Source: an uncultured Gammaproteobacteria bacterium (GTDB taxonomy: Bacteria; Patescibacteriota; Patescibacteriia; UBA11705; JABHMO01). From it: 64,000 bases of DNA. Made by a program: the position numbers and the translations under genes. The notes beneath the pieces were generated by a model that was not told the origin of the DNA, did not search any database, and worked only from the letters and a program-made list of their open reading frames with translations. Shown piece by piece: positions 48,404 through 57,866 of this stretch. Location of the stretch: assembly GCA_964590105.1 (NCBI GenBank), contig CAZPYM010000001.1, forward strand, positions 366,172 to 430,171, written 5' to 3'. Position 1 is the first letter of the stretch; each line of letters opens with the position of its first letter.

Positions 48404-48589
48404 TTATCCACAATTCCCCACTTTTCTTCACTCTGCCTACATTATACCCCACAACAACACAGAGAACAACACTTTGGTTGTGGATAAAGTATTGGCTAAA
48501 ATTGAATTATTTTTCTAAAATCAACTACCCTGCCTAATTAACCGCTATGATGTGATAATTAAATCATCACCTTTTCATGCTGTGGATAA
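48404..48589. promoter_or_regulatory. cluster of three perfect DnaA boxes
   Basis: TTATCCACA at 48404-48412, and TGTGGATAA at 48479-48487 and 48581-48589, in AT-rich DNA between mraZ and the 814-aa gene. Confidence 0.6.
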
Positions 48590-48697
48590 CTTAAATAAAA
48601 CAAACAACCTATTTACTCGATTGACAAAGCAACGCCAATTATATAAGATTAATCATCAAGAACTAATGAACATTGACAACAAAACGGAGGTTCTCCC

Positions 48698-51142
48698 ATG
48701 GAAATAAAAACCGCCGATAAAATGGGAATGGAAGCGGTCCAAGACATTGTTAAGGACAAATCCGTCGCCCGCAGAATCTTCGCCCTGCTTGGCAGTGGGA
48801 TCAAAGTCAGCGAAGGCGCGATCGAGCTCATGATTAGAGAATCGGTTGAACAGGCCGTCATGCGGTCACTGCTTTTTCATCCCGGCCTAAAACAGGCCGG
48901 AGCCAGGCTTGATCAAGCCGCATTGGAAAAACTGCTGTGTGAGGTCATCAAAGAAAATTTCAAACGCAAATTTAAAAGCCGCGGCCTGACCGATCGGTCG
49001 CCGCTGGACCAGATCACGCGCGAGCTGGGGCTTTGCCTGGAACTCGCGGTGCAGGAAGACGCCAGGGAAGATACCTGCGAAGAATTAGCTGTCACAGAAG
49101 ACGGCGTTATTGACGCCCAATTTGAGGATGAGGCTGACGATCTGATTGATTTTGTCACCATTGCCCTTCAGGATGAGCTTGACGCGTCAAAAGGCGCGCT
49201 CATGGTTGTTCGCCAAGAACGCGGAATTTTATCCGCCAAGGGTCCTGCGAACATTTTTTCCTTACCGCAAGTGGCGGAAAGATTACAAGCCGGCTTGCTG
49301 GAAGAAGCGGAAAAATGGGGACGAGTACTTTTCACTCTGCCCATGATTGCCGACCCTGATGAATTCGAGGACAAGATTCGGTCTCTGAATCCAGCCATGC
49401 AGGCTCCAAATATTCAGCCTCAATTTATCAGCCAGACAACGATTGGATTTGGCAATCGACCGGCCAGATCCAGGAAAGTGATCGCCGAGGTATTGCGCGA
49501 CCACTTAAATCCCCGGCTAATGGAAAGTATTGCTCTTGTCTGTGATCCAGAAAAACCCGAGGAGCTGCAAACCGAAGCAATTAATTTGCTCATCGGTTAC
49601 CTGCAACGATTGGAACATTCAATTGAAATAACGTTAACCGCTATTTCGCTTGTAAAAATCATGGAGGAAAGCAACAAGCCTCGGGTAAGACAATATGTTT
49701 TTCAAAAACTTGGTGAAAATATTGTCACCATCCGGGCTAAGCTGCCGAACTTTTTTCAAAACAGCCGTATTTTACCAATGCTCAAAGGTCTTCTGCTTAC
49801 AGACACAAAAACATTCAAAGCTCCGGTCTGCCAATTCTTGCGGAGTTTCAACCAAGGACAGGGAGAACAAAGCCCTGTTGCCGCGGCGATTCGGGAAGAC
49901 CTGGAAATCACCACCGACCCAAAAGTGGTGGCGATTTACCTGGGCCTTCTGCACGAATTTGAAACTGATGCCAAATGCAGAAGTCAGCTGGAACGACAAA
50001 GATGGGAACTCTTTTTCACCTATGGCAACACCGAGGCAGAACTGGCGGAGGAATTTCTGTCAGATGTCAGAGCGGCCATGCCGTCATCACTTAGCACCCC
50101 GCTTGCCTGCTTTAACGAATGGGAAGAAGTAAAACAATTGCGCCTGATCGCGGTTCTTGATCGCGAATTTGAACTGGCCCTGGCTCATTCACCAAAAGAC
50201 ACGAAAACTGCCAAAAAGATTGCCCTATTCTTTGCCGTAACAATCAGAGATTGCCGAGAGGCGGTCCGCATCCAGATACTCAAAACAAAAAGCACTCTGG
50301 CTGGAGTTTTCGAAGCTGACTACAACAATGCCTTCTGGCTGCCCCTCGGATCCCGGCTGATTGAACTGCTTGCGGACGCTGAATTTGAAGCGAATTTCAT
50401 TATCGCAGGACATGTTCACCTGGCGAATTTCGCCGCGCTCGTGGTTGGCTTGACCAATCCTGCGGCCAAAAAACAACTCTTGACAGTGGCTGAGAAAAAA
50501 GTCAAGGCAATTCAGACCGGCAGCCAAAGTCTAAATGAACAAACCGACAATGTCAGAGAAGCGATTTCCCTGCTGCTCTCAGAAACAGCAGGGGTGATCC
50601 AGGAAGCCAAAAGAATATCAGAAGCAGAAAAGTATTTCCACTGCTACATCAGCATGATGCGATCCGCGTTGCTGACCAAGGCACTTTTCCACCAGCATGT
50701 GCTGGAATTGGCCAGAGCAATCAAGGACAAGCCACGGCTCAAACCGTTGCTCATAAACGCCTATTCTGATTTCAGCCGCAGCCGCCTGCAAAGTCGCGAG
50801 TTGGCAGAATTTCTGCTCGACATTTTTTTGCAGGCAGTCCGAGACAATAGCCCGAAGCCTTCTTCCAGCGACGGTAAATATGAACAGTTGAGCGATATTT
50901 GCAATGACGCGCTCGAAGGCCTGGTTGCCTTGTCCTTGTCAGTTTTTCTGTCCAAGGGACAATGCCAGGCAATCATTCGAGTTTTCAAGATGCACTGTGA
51001 CAAGCGTCCCCAGATCATGACCCAATTCAGGATGGTTGACGGGATTGGAGTAAAACCCCAGCCGGTGCCTGATCCTTTCAAAGAAGCGCTGACAGTGACG
51101 CTCGCGAGAATTGATCCGTCAGCTGACCCTGACATGCTTTAG
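48698..51142 (+). CDS. hypothetical GC-rich 814-aa alpha-helical repeat protein
   Basis: A long ORF with a GGAGG RBS. Its helical-repeat (HEAT/ARM-like) character is inferred from periodic L/A/E-rich segments. G+C is visibly higher than host genes. Confidence 0.6.
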   Translation: MEIKTADKMGMEAVQDIVKDKSVARRIFALLGSGIKVSEGAIELMIRESVEQAVMRSLLFHPGLKQAGARLDQAALEKLLCEVIKENFKRKFKSRGLTDRSPLDQITRELGLCLELAVQEDAREDTCEELAVTEDGVIDAQFEDEADDLIDFVTIALQDELDASKGALMVVRQERGILSAKGPANIFSLPQVAERLQAGLLEEAEKWGRVLFTLPMIADPDEFEDKIRSLNPAMQAPNIQPQFISQTTIGFGNRPARSRKVIAEVLRDHLNPRLMESIALVCDPEKPEELQTEAINLLIGYLQRLEHSIEITLTAISLVKIMEESNKPRVRQYVFQKLGENIVTIRAKLPNFFQNSRILPMLKGLLLTDTKTFKAPVCQFLRSFNQGQGEQSPVAAAIREDLEITTDPKVVAIYLGLLHEFETDAKCRSQLERQRWELFFTYGNTEAELAEEFLSDVRAAMPSSLSTPLACFNEWEEVKQLRLIAVLDREFELALAHSPKDTKTAKKIALFFAVTIRDCREAVRIQILKTKSTLAGVFEADYNNAFWLPLGSRLIELLADAEFEANFIIAGHVHLANFAALVVGLTNPAAKKQLLTVAEKKVKAIQTGSQSLNEQTDNVREAISLLLSETAGVIQEAKRISEAEKYFHCYISMMRSALLTKALFHQHVLELARAIKDKPRLKPLLINAYSDFSRSRLQSRELAEFLLDIFLQAVRDNSPKPSSSDGKYEQLSDICNDALEGLVALSLSVFLSKGQCQAIIRVFKMHCDKRPQIMTQFRMVDGIGVKPQPVPDPFKEALTVTLARIDPSADPDML

Positions 51143-51281
51143 AAACACAAACCCACGTTTGATTCATTCAACGCGGGTTTTATTTTTTAAGTAAAATCGT
51201 GAATATTAATAATATAACTCCAAATCGAAAAAAAAAGAGCGACCTGATGGTAGCTCTGATGATTGGATGTATGAACTGAAT

Positions 51282-51533
51282 TTATTCAGCTGATTTCTGA
51301 ATCGGCATGCTACCGAACAGTTTTGCAAAGAACTGTTTGATTTTGCCGGGCGGCGGAAAAGTGCTCAGCGCGGCCTGTCTGGCTTTTCCACAGCCCTCGC
51401 AAAAATCCGCGCTCGGGTACAAAGACGTATCGCACCAGTTACAGCGTGGTAGAAAAGTCATCTCTACACCACAGGCTGTGCAATACTTTCCACTTGAAAC
51501 ACGATGGCAATTCGGACATTCACGCATTTTCAC
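51282..51533 (-). CDS. hypothetical double zinc-ribbon protein (GC-richer)
   Basis: CPNCH...CTACG...CNWCD...CEGCG. Confidence 0.5.
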   Translation of the reverse strand: MKMRECPNCHRVSSGKYCTACGVEMTFLPRCNWCDTSLYPSADFCEGCGKARQAALSTFPPPGKIKQFFAKLFGSMPIQKSAE

Positions 51534-51632
51534 TCCTCCTTTATTAAGGCTGTACGCAAACGTTCACATATCAGGATAGTAATATATCAAACATTTGTCA
51601 AGCCGGCGGCGATGATAGCGCTTTGATTTATT

Positions 51633-51710
51633 GGTTGACTAGTTGATTTATTAACCGAAAAACATTTGCTTCAATCAACTAATAAACTAATAAACCAATC
51701 AACTAACCAA
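51633..51710. repeat. imperfect inverted repeat built from AATCAAC-type units
   Basis: TTGGTTGACTAGTTGATTTATT ... AATAAACCAATCAACTAACCAA. Confidence 0.4.
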
Positions 51711-52155
51711 TATTCGGCTCGCCGCCATAAATCGGCTTAACAAATCGCGATGTTCTTTTGAGTTTAAGTTGAATTATTTCTTGCCAAATTTTTTTTATTC
51801 GAACTACTTCCGACAATTCATCCCACTCTTTTTTTAATTTTACGCCGGCAACGGGAATATTCCAGGCAAAGGACAGCGCGTTGGCAGTGGCGATGCCAAT
51901 CCGCAGGGCTGAAAATTGTCCGGGCCCCTGTACCACAAAAATAGCATTTATATTCCTTCCTCGCTTTTTTGATTTTCCCTGACCTGAGCCTGTCGAAGGT
52001 TTGTTTTCTTGATTTCCTACCAAAGCCTCGATTGTTTTTAACAATAATTCCGATTGCCTATATGGCTTATTTACAATTTTAAACTTCTCAATCTGCTTAT
52101 TGCCGATTGCCACTGAAAACTGCGAATTGTACGGAGTGGAAATTAATAATTTCAT
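51703..52155 (-). CDS. tsaB: tRNA threonylcarbamoyladenosine biosynthesis protein TsaB-like (ORF extends to 52260; likely start MKLLIS)
   Basis: IFVVQGPGQFSALRIGIATANALSF resembles the TsaB/YeaZ GPGSFTGLRIG motif. Confidence 0.7.
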   Translation of the reverse strand: MKLLISTPYNSQFSVAIGNKQIEKFKIVNKPYRQSELLLKTIEALVGNQENKPSTGSGQGKSKKRGRNINAIFVVQGPGQFSALRIGIATANALSFAWNIPVAGVKLKKEWDELSEVVRIKKIWQEIIQLKLKRTSRFVKPIYGGEPNIG

Positions 52156-52252
52156 ATTTATTTGTATTTTTTTTATTTGTCCCCGTCCCTCGCGAGGAGC
52201 AAGGTATAATTTCCGCCCTATTGTTTGTAATTTGTGATTTGTATTTTGTAAT

Positions 52253-53644
52253 TTACTCATGAATTATCACCGGCGTGCCAATAGGCGTCCAGTCATACAA
52301 AGTTTTTGCCGGCCCGACGCCCAACCGCACACAGCCATGAGAAACAGGGTTGCCCAAATGGTTTTGTCCTTCTTTGTACCCACTCGGCCATTCCGGCAAT
52401 TCATGTATGCCGTAGCTCGGCTTAAATGACATCCACCACGGCATGAATAAAGCGTATGTTTTGGAATAAGCGCGCGGATTTTTTTGCCAAATCTTGAATT
52501 CCCCGTACGGCGTAGGCATGCTTTTCTTACCGCTCGAAATTTGAAATTCATTCACCTGCCTGCCGTTTTGGTAATACCTCAACTTTTGCTCGGACACATC
52601 GATATCAATATACTTGTATAAATAACTATTACCACTCGGATTAATTTGTTGTGGCAGGGTAATTAATTCCATTTTCCCATCGCCATCAAAATCGCCGTAA
52701 TCAACATTTACGCCGCCTCGAAAATTTTTGTCATAACTAAAAAATGCCGGGTTCTTTATTAGCGTTCCGAATGAATCAAAAAAACGCACATGCGGCCCGC
52801 CACTAAAACCGGCGCCCGTCACGATAATAGTTTGTCCATTGTTTTTTACTACTGAAAAATTAACGCCGCCCTCAAAATTTTTGGCATAAGCCAGAAATTC
52901 TTTGATAGCGGAACCGTCGCGCCGCAAAATTTTTATTTTCGGCTCATTGCCGGAGCCGAATCCAACAATAATTTCTTCTGTTCCGTCAGCTCCGAGATCA
53001 ATAGCCGCGACCTTTACCGGTTCAAAATTGTTTTCAAGAGTAATAGTAATTGAGTCACCTTTTTGATTGCCAAAACGATCGAAAAATTTAATTTGCGCAT
53101 TTTCTCCATCTATAACGCTGATAATAATTTCTTTGAAACCATCGCCGTCGACATCGCCGGTCGCGATTTCAAGCCCTGCCCGATAGTCTTTGTCAGCCGC
53201 CCAAAAGCCCTTGGAAAAAAGCGGATTACCTTCATCGTTAAAAATTCTAATCTGCGGCCCGCCGCCGGCGCCTGGCGCGGTAATCAGCTCCTCATGACCG
53301 TCATTGTCCAGATCAGCGGCGGTCAATGAGATTTCACCGGTAAAGCCCTGAGCGTATGGAAACCATGAATTTTGCAAATCTCCATTATTATTATAAATTC
53401 TAATTTCCGGACGCTCCTGATTGCCATAGCTTACTGCCAGTTCTTTTTTCGCGTCAGCGCCGAAATCAATCATTTTAAATCTCATTGAGCCAGAAAAATT
53501 TTCGGGAATCACCGAGAGCTCCTGCAGAACATTCAAGTCGTCACTAAAAACGAGCAAATCGTTTTCCTCGGCCGCCATTACTTTTCCCGCAAATAAAAAA
53601 ACAGCTCCGAAAAGCAAAAGTAAAACAAAAGGTTTAAACTTCAT
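52253..53644 (-). CDS. secreted FG-GAP/VCBS-repeat protein with C-terminal YkuD L,D-transpeptidase domain
   Basis: A signal peptide, repeated DxDxDG motifs (DLDNDGHEE, DVDGDGFKE, DFDGDGKME) and a C-terminal SHGCVRL catalytic motif. Confidence 0.75.
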   Translation of the reverse strand: MKFKPFVLLLLFGAVFLFAGKVMAAEENDLLVFSDDLNVLQELSVIPENFSGSMRFKMIDFGADAKKELAVSYGNQERPEIRIYNNNGDLQNSWFPYAQGFTGEISLTAADLDNDGHEELITAPGAGGGPQIRIFNDEGNPLFSKGFWAADKDYRAGLEIATGDVDGDGFKEIIISVIDGENAQIKFFDRFGNQKGDSITITLENNFEPVKVAAIDLGADGTEEIIVGFGSGNEPKIKILRRDGSAIKEFLAYAKNFEGGVNFSVVKNNGQTIIVTGAGFSGGPHVRFFDSFGTLIKNPAFFSYDKNFRGGVNVDYGDFDGDGKMELITLPQQINPSGNSYLYKYIDIDVSEQKLRYYQNGRQVNEFQISSGKKSMPTPYGEFKIWQKNPRAYSKTYALFMPWWMSFKPSYGIHELPEWPSGYKEGQNHLGNPVSHGCVRLGVGPAKTLYDWTPIGTPVIIHE

Positions 53645-54224
53645 TTTTCAATATTTCATTAAGCGCGGAAGGTAATTCTAATATCCCGTCACTGCCACTA
53701 AAGTGGCCTTTATTATTTTCTACAATTATTTTTGCCTCCAATTTGTCAGCGAATAATTCTTTCTGGCTAACCGGAACAAAGGAATCATCGTCAGAAAAAA
53801 TCGCTGTAAATCGTTCCGCTCGGGTTTTTACTTTATTAAAATCAATCGGCGTTTCCATCCATGGGCGGGCAATGGCTACTGATTCTTCGCCTTCTTCGGC
53901 AATCGTCGCCTGATCAAGCTCCATCCATGGCGCGACCAAAACTGCGCCGCCAACTTTTTGCTCCGGCGCAAACTTTTCCAAATAACGCAATATCGCCTGA
54001 CAGCCAATACTATGACCAACAAAAAAAGTGCCTAAATCCGGCACGCCGACTATTTTTTTCAAAAAATTAACCCACTCTTCAATACGTGGCTTTTCTGAAT
54101 TCGGCATGGACGGCAAAACAACAGCAATCCCCTCTTTTTCCAATTCGGTTTTCAGCCATGGAAACCATCCTTCTTCCGGATAGCCACCCCAGCCGTGAAT
54201 AATAAAAACTTTGAAAACTTTCAT
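53634..54224 (-). CDS. alpha/beta serine hydrolase (RBBP9/YdeN-like)
   Basis: The IIHGWGG motif and a GHSIG nucleophile elbow. Confidence 0.7.
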   Translation of the reverse strand: MKVFKVFIIHGWGGYPEEGWFPWLKTELEKEGIAVVLPSMPNSEKPRIEEWVNFLKKIVGVPDLGTFFVGHSIGCQAILRYLEKFAPEQKVGGAVLVAPWMELDQATIAEEGEESVAIARPWMETPIDFNKVKTRAERFTAIFSDDDSFVPVSQKELFADKLEAKIIVENNKGHFSGSDGILELPSALNEILKNEV

Positions 54225-54227
54225 AGA

Positions 54228-54857
54228 TTATTCTATAATGCCAAATTGATCCGGTTTATTTCGCTCTTTGGCCAGTTTGTCAAGCACAACGATATTGTTT
54301 TCATTTTCCAAAATATCGAGCAGAAAGCGGTCTGAAATATCTTTTCTCAATTGATATTCCGCCTCGTCCATGATTGTAAACTTGATCGATCGCCCCATCT
54401 CATGCTCAAATTTTTTCATTCCCTCAACTGCTTTTTCTTTGTCCAGCTCGCCAACAATCATAATGTCAGTTAGCGCCTTTTCGTCTTCAACAAAACTGCC
54501 ACCAAATGAGATATATTGGATATCGCCCAATCGCTTTATTCTTTCTATTAGTTTTTTTTCCAGCAAAATCTTGCCCTTGGCAAACAAATTGATCAAATCC
54601 CGATGAAATAAATTTTTTGAATTCAAATAATAAAACTTTTTTGCGTTCAAACTTTTTTCCACTTCCGGCTTTACCTTGGACTCGCAAACGCAGATGAGTT
54701 TGAGTGTTACCAAATTTTCCAATTCCCGACGCACGGAATTGAGAAGGCAATCTGTCAAGCGCGTGATTTCTCTAACAAAAAATCGTTTTTCTGGATTATC
54801 CAGAAAAAGCCGAATTAATTTCACCCTAGTTTTTGAACCAAATAATTGTTCAAACAT
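54228..54857 (-). CDS. hypothetical winged-helix DNA-binding protein
   Basis: An N-terminal wHTH-like segment (RVKLIRLFLDNPEKRFFVREITRLT). Confidence 0.45.
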   Translation of the reverse strand: MFEQLFGSKTRVKLIRLFLDNPEKRFFVREITRLTDCLLNSVRRELENLVTLKLICVCESKVKPEVEKSLNAKKFYYLNSKNLFHRDLINLFAKGKILLEKKLIERIKRLGDIQYISFGGSFVEDEKALTDIMIVGELDKEKAVEGMKKFEHEMGRSIKFTIMDEAEYQLRKDISDRFLLDILENENNIVVLDKLAKERNKPDQFGIIE

Positions 54858-55032
54858 AAATTTCCGCCGCTATTGTCAATTCTCGACTAAAATGTTCTTA
54901 TAAATTTGATTATTGTTTTACAAATATAGTATAATATAGATACTCTAATACAGTCAAATACAGACTGGCTTGGGAAATAGCTCTAAATCACTACTTTTAG
55001 TCCTAATCCTCCCAATATAGAATCGCTTACAT

Positions 55033-57261
55033 ATGGATAATAACCACGACATCTCAATTGAAGAAATCTACATTCCAGCCAAGAACGACAAGGAAACTTA
55101 CCTTTGCGAAGATTTTATTGTTTATCCGGAAGGCAAAGAAAAAAACGGCGGCTATCTAATGGGAATCATCGAAATCCGGGCGACTGCGGTGGCTGAAAGC
55201 GAAAAGATTATCCAAACAATTATCAATACTCTCAAGGATAATTACTATGATCAGATAAACAGCTCCCCTGATCCAAAAAAGCTAAACCTTGAAACGGTTT
55301 TCGAATACGCTCTGCAAAAAACAAATTCCGCTTTGGTGGAAATGATCCAGATCGGCCATATCAACTTAGTCTTGGAAAATCTCAATTACTTGATCGCCGT
55401 AGCCAAACCAAATCTCCAAAACCGGGATATTGATTTTACTTTTGCCCACCAGGGATTGATAAGCGTATATTTGCTTCACAAAACCAAACAAAACAACTAC
55501 AAAGTCATTGACGTCGTCGGTAATACGCCGCGCTCCCGAGAAGATCAAAACGATAAAATTAAAATCTTCTCCTCCACCCTCTCCGGCAAAGTATCCCACC
55601 GCGACGCGCTATATATTTGTTCAGAAATTTTTGGCAATTACATCCCCGCTCACAAAGTAAACAAAATTCTTTCAACCAATGATCTCTCGACCAGCGTTGA
55701 TTATTTCAAAAACCTGATCAATAACGTAAAAAACAATTCTCATCTCACCTACTGCGCGCTCTTTATGAAAATGGAAGAAAAACGTAGCCTGTCCGAAGAG
55801 CCAATATCACAAAAATCCATTAATAATCTCATTTCGACAACTGAAAAAACTGAAAAATATTTGACCCCCACTTTTGCCCTAAATATCCGAGACCTAATTC
55901 GCCGGGCCTTTTCAGGAATGAAAAGCAGAGAAAAAGCAACCCAGAGATTGCAAAGCCCTGACGGACAAAAAAGGGTTTCTTTCGGGATCCTCAAATATAT
56001 TTTCAATATTTTTAAAATCATCTTTATCTTCATCGGAAAAACATTCAGCAAAATATTTGCCATTATCACAGGCAAGCAAAAGCTCCACCTTCTTCCCTTG
56101 AAAAAAACACTGGCCATTCCGAAAACAATAATTTCCAGATCAGCCGGAGGACTAAAATCCCTGCATAAAATCAATAAAACTATTTTAGCATCTTTGTTAG
56201 TTTTAGTGATTCTTCTAGTTTCTGGGATCTTTTGGGTTCGGCATCGAGAACAAACCAAACAGGAACAAACTGCCTATGCGGCTCAAGTGCAAGTGATCAA
56301 AGAACTTATAAACAATGCTCAAGTAAATTTAATCTATAAAAACGAAGAGCAAAGTCTGGCTCTGATCAAAGAAGCAGAAGAAAAAACAAGTTATCTACCT
56401 CAAGCCAGCGCCAGCCGGCAGGCAAATTATCTTGAATTACAAAATCAGGCCAGCGCCATAAAAAATAAATTATTGCATGTTGAAAATGTAGTTCCTCAAT
56501 TGATTACCGAGGTTGGCGCGAACGAAACGCCGGTTCAATTAACAAAAATATCAAAAATCGGCGATAAACTATACGTTAATGCCAAAGACGCTGATTTGTA
56601 CGAAGTCGCATTAGGAGACAAAAGCGTAAATTTATTTGCTCACTCGCAGGCCGGCGACCTGGCAACAACTATTCAGGACGACAAAAATTTGATGTTTATT
56701 ACCAATCAAAGCAAATTGATACAGTTAAATGCTACTGATAAATCATTTTCCACCAAGTCAATCAACTGGCCAAACAGCGCCGAAATCAAAGCCGCCATTC
56801 TCTACAATAGCAAAATATACGCCCTCGACACTGTAAATCAGCAAATTGCCAAATACCAGGCCAGTGGCGACAACTACGGCAGTCCGCAAAATTGGATTAA
56901 AGACAAAAAAGACGCTGATCTTTCAGACGGCGCCAGCTTGGCTATTGACGGCAATATCTATGTCCTGACAAAAAAAGGCAAAATTTATAAATTCTACACC
57001 GGTAAACTGGAAGATTTTGAAGCTCGAACAATCGAGCCCGCCTTGACTGAAGCTCAAAAAATTTACGCTTCAGCCGATCTTCCCTACCTATATATCTCCG
57101 AGGCCGGCGGCAAACGCATTATTTTCCTAAATAAGGACGGCAGTTTATCAAAACAATATTTATTTGATACGCTGGACAGCGCAATCAGCGATTTTACTGT
57201 GAGCGGCGATCAAATCTATATGGTTTCCGGCAATAAAGTTTACAGCGCAACAATTCAATAA
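55033..57261 (+). CDS. hypothetical 742-aa membrane protein (cytoplasmic N-domain, central TM helix, extracytoplasmic beta-rich C-domain)
   Basis: A TM segment ILASLLVLVILLVSGIFWV lies mid-protein. The N-domain is possibly PP2C/SpoIIE-like (a weak impression only). Confidence 0.5.
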   Translation: MDNNHDISIEEIYIPAKNDKETYLCEDFIVYPEGKEKNGGYLMGIIEIRATAVAESEKIIQTIINTLKDNYYDQINSSPDPKKLNLETVFEYALQKTNSALVEMIQIGHINLVLENLNYLIAVAKPNLQNRDIDFTFAHQGLISVYLLHKTKQNNYKVIDVVGNTPRSREDQNDKIKIFSSTLSGKVSHRDALYICSEIFGNYIPAHKVNKILSTNDLSTSVDYFKNLINNVKNNSHLTYCALFMKMEEKRSLSEEPISQKSINNLISTTEKTEKYLTPTFALNIRDLIRRAFSGMKSREKATQRLQSPDGQKRVSFGILKYIFNIFKIIFIFIGKTFSKIFAIITGKQKLHLLPLKKTLAIPKTIISRSAGGLKSLHKINKTILASLLVLVILLVSGIFWVRHREQTKQEQTAYAAQVQVIKELINNAQVNLIYKNEEQSLALIKEAEEKTSYLPQASASRQANYLELQNQASAIKNKLLHVENVVPQLITEVGANETPVQLTKISKIGDKLYVNAKDADLYEVALGDKSVNLFAHSQAGDLATTIQDDKNLMFITNQSKLIQLNATDKSFSTKSINWPNSAEIKAAILYNSKIYALDTVNQQIAKYQASGDNYGSPQNWIKDKKDADLSDGASLAIDGNIYVLTKKGKIYKFYTGKLEDFEARTIEPALTEAQKIYASADLPYLYISEAGGKRIIFLNKDGSLSKQYLFDTLDSAISDFTVSGDQIYMVSGNKVYSATIQ

Positions 57262-57317
57262 ATCAAACCAACAAAAAATCCCACCTGATTAAGAGCGGGA
57301 TTTTTTATTTTGAAATT

Positions 57318-57767
57318 TTACTTCAAGTTTACTGATGCTCCGGCGTCCTGTAATTTCTTGCGCATTACTTCAGCTTCTTCTTTTTTCACGCCTTCTTTTA
57401 GAACTTTTGGAGCTCCGTCTACTAAATCCTTGGCTTCTTTCAAACCGAGTCCGGTTATTTCCTTAACAACTTTGATAACCGCGATTTTATTTTCACCAAC
57501 GCCGGCCAATTCAACGTCAAATTCTGTTTTTTCTTCAACCGGAGCAGCTGCGCCAGCACCCGGCATTGCCATGGCCATCATTGGAGCGGCCGCGCTAACA
57601 CCGAATTTATCTTCCAAGATTTTGACTAGGTCAGCCAAATCCATAACTGACATTTTTTCAATTTCTCCGACTAATGATTGAAACTTTGCCGGAACTTCTA
57701 CTTGTTTTTTTTCTTGCTTTGCTTCTGTAGCTTCCGCTACTGGAGCAGTAGTTTGTTCATCTGCCAT
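57318..57767 (-). CDS. rplL: ribosomal protein L7/L12 (with N-terminal extension)
   Basis: [24 protein letters not shown]...[16 protein letters not shown]. Confidence 0.9.
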   Translation of the reverse strand: MADEQTTAPVAEATEAKQEKKQVEVPAKFQSLVGEIEKMSVMDLADLVKILEDKFGVSAAAPMMAMAMPGAGAAAPVEEKTEFDVELAGVGENKIAVIKVVKEITGLGLKEAKDLVDGAPKVLKEGVKKEEAEVMRKKLQDAGASVNLK

Positions 57768-57774
57768 ATTGTAG

Positions 57775-57865
57775 TTTATTAGTTTATTGGTTTATTTGTT
57801 AATAGAATTGCCAGTTTTCAATTACCCAGGCAATCAACGAATCAACAAATCAACCAGTCAACCAT
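57775..57865. repeat. rplJ-rplL spacer with TTTATT/AATCAAC tandem repeats forming a long imperfect inverted repeat around a TTGCCAG...CCAGGCAA hairpin
   Basis: gtttattagtttattggtttatttgtt ... caatcaacgaatcaacaaatcaaccagtcaacc. Confidence 0.4.
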
Positions 57866-57866
57866 A

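Noticed and set aside
48404-48589. Calling this locus the chromosomal origin (oriC)
   Set aside because: No dnaA/dnaN is adjacent, there is no clear gene-strand switch across it, and DnaA boxes also occur at 7979. It is reported only as a DnaA-box cluster.
51703-52260. The 185-aa extent of the tsaB-like ORF
   Set aside because: The N-terminal 35 residues look non-homologous and overlap the upstream gene region. The likely start is MKLLIS at about 52155.
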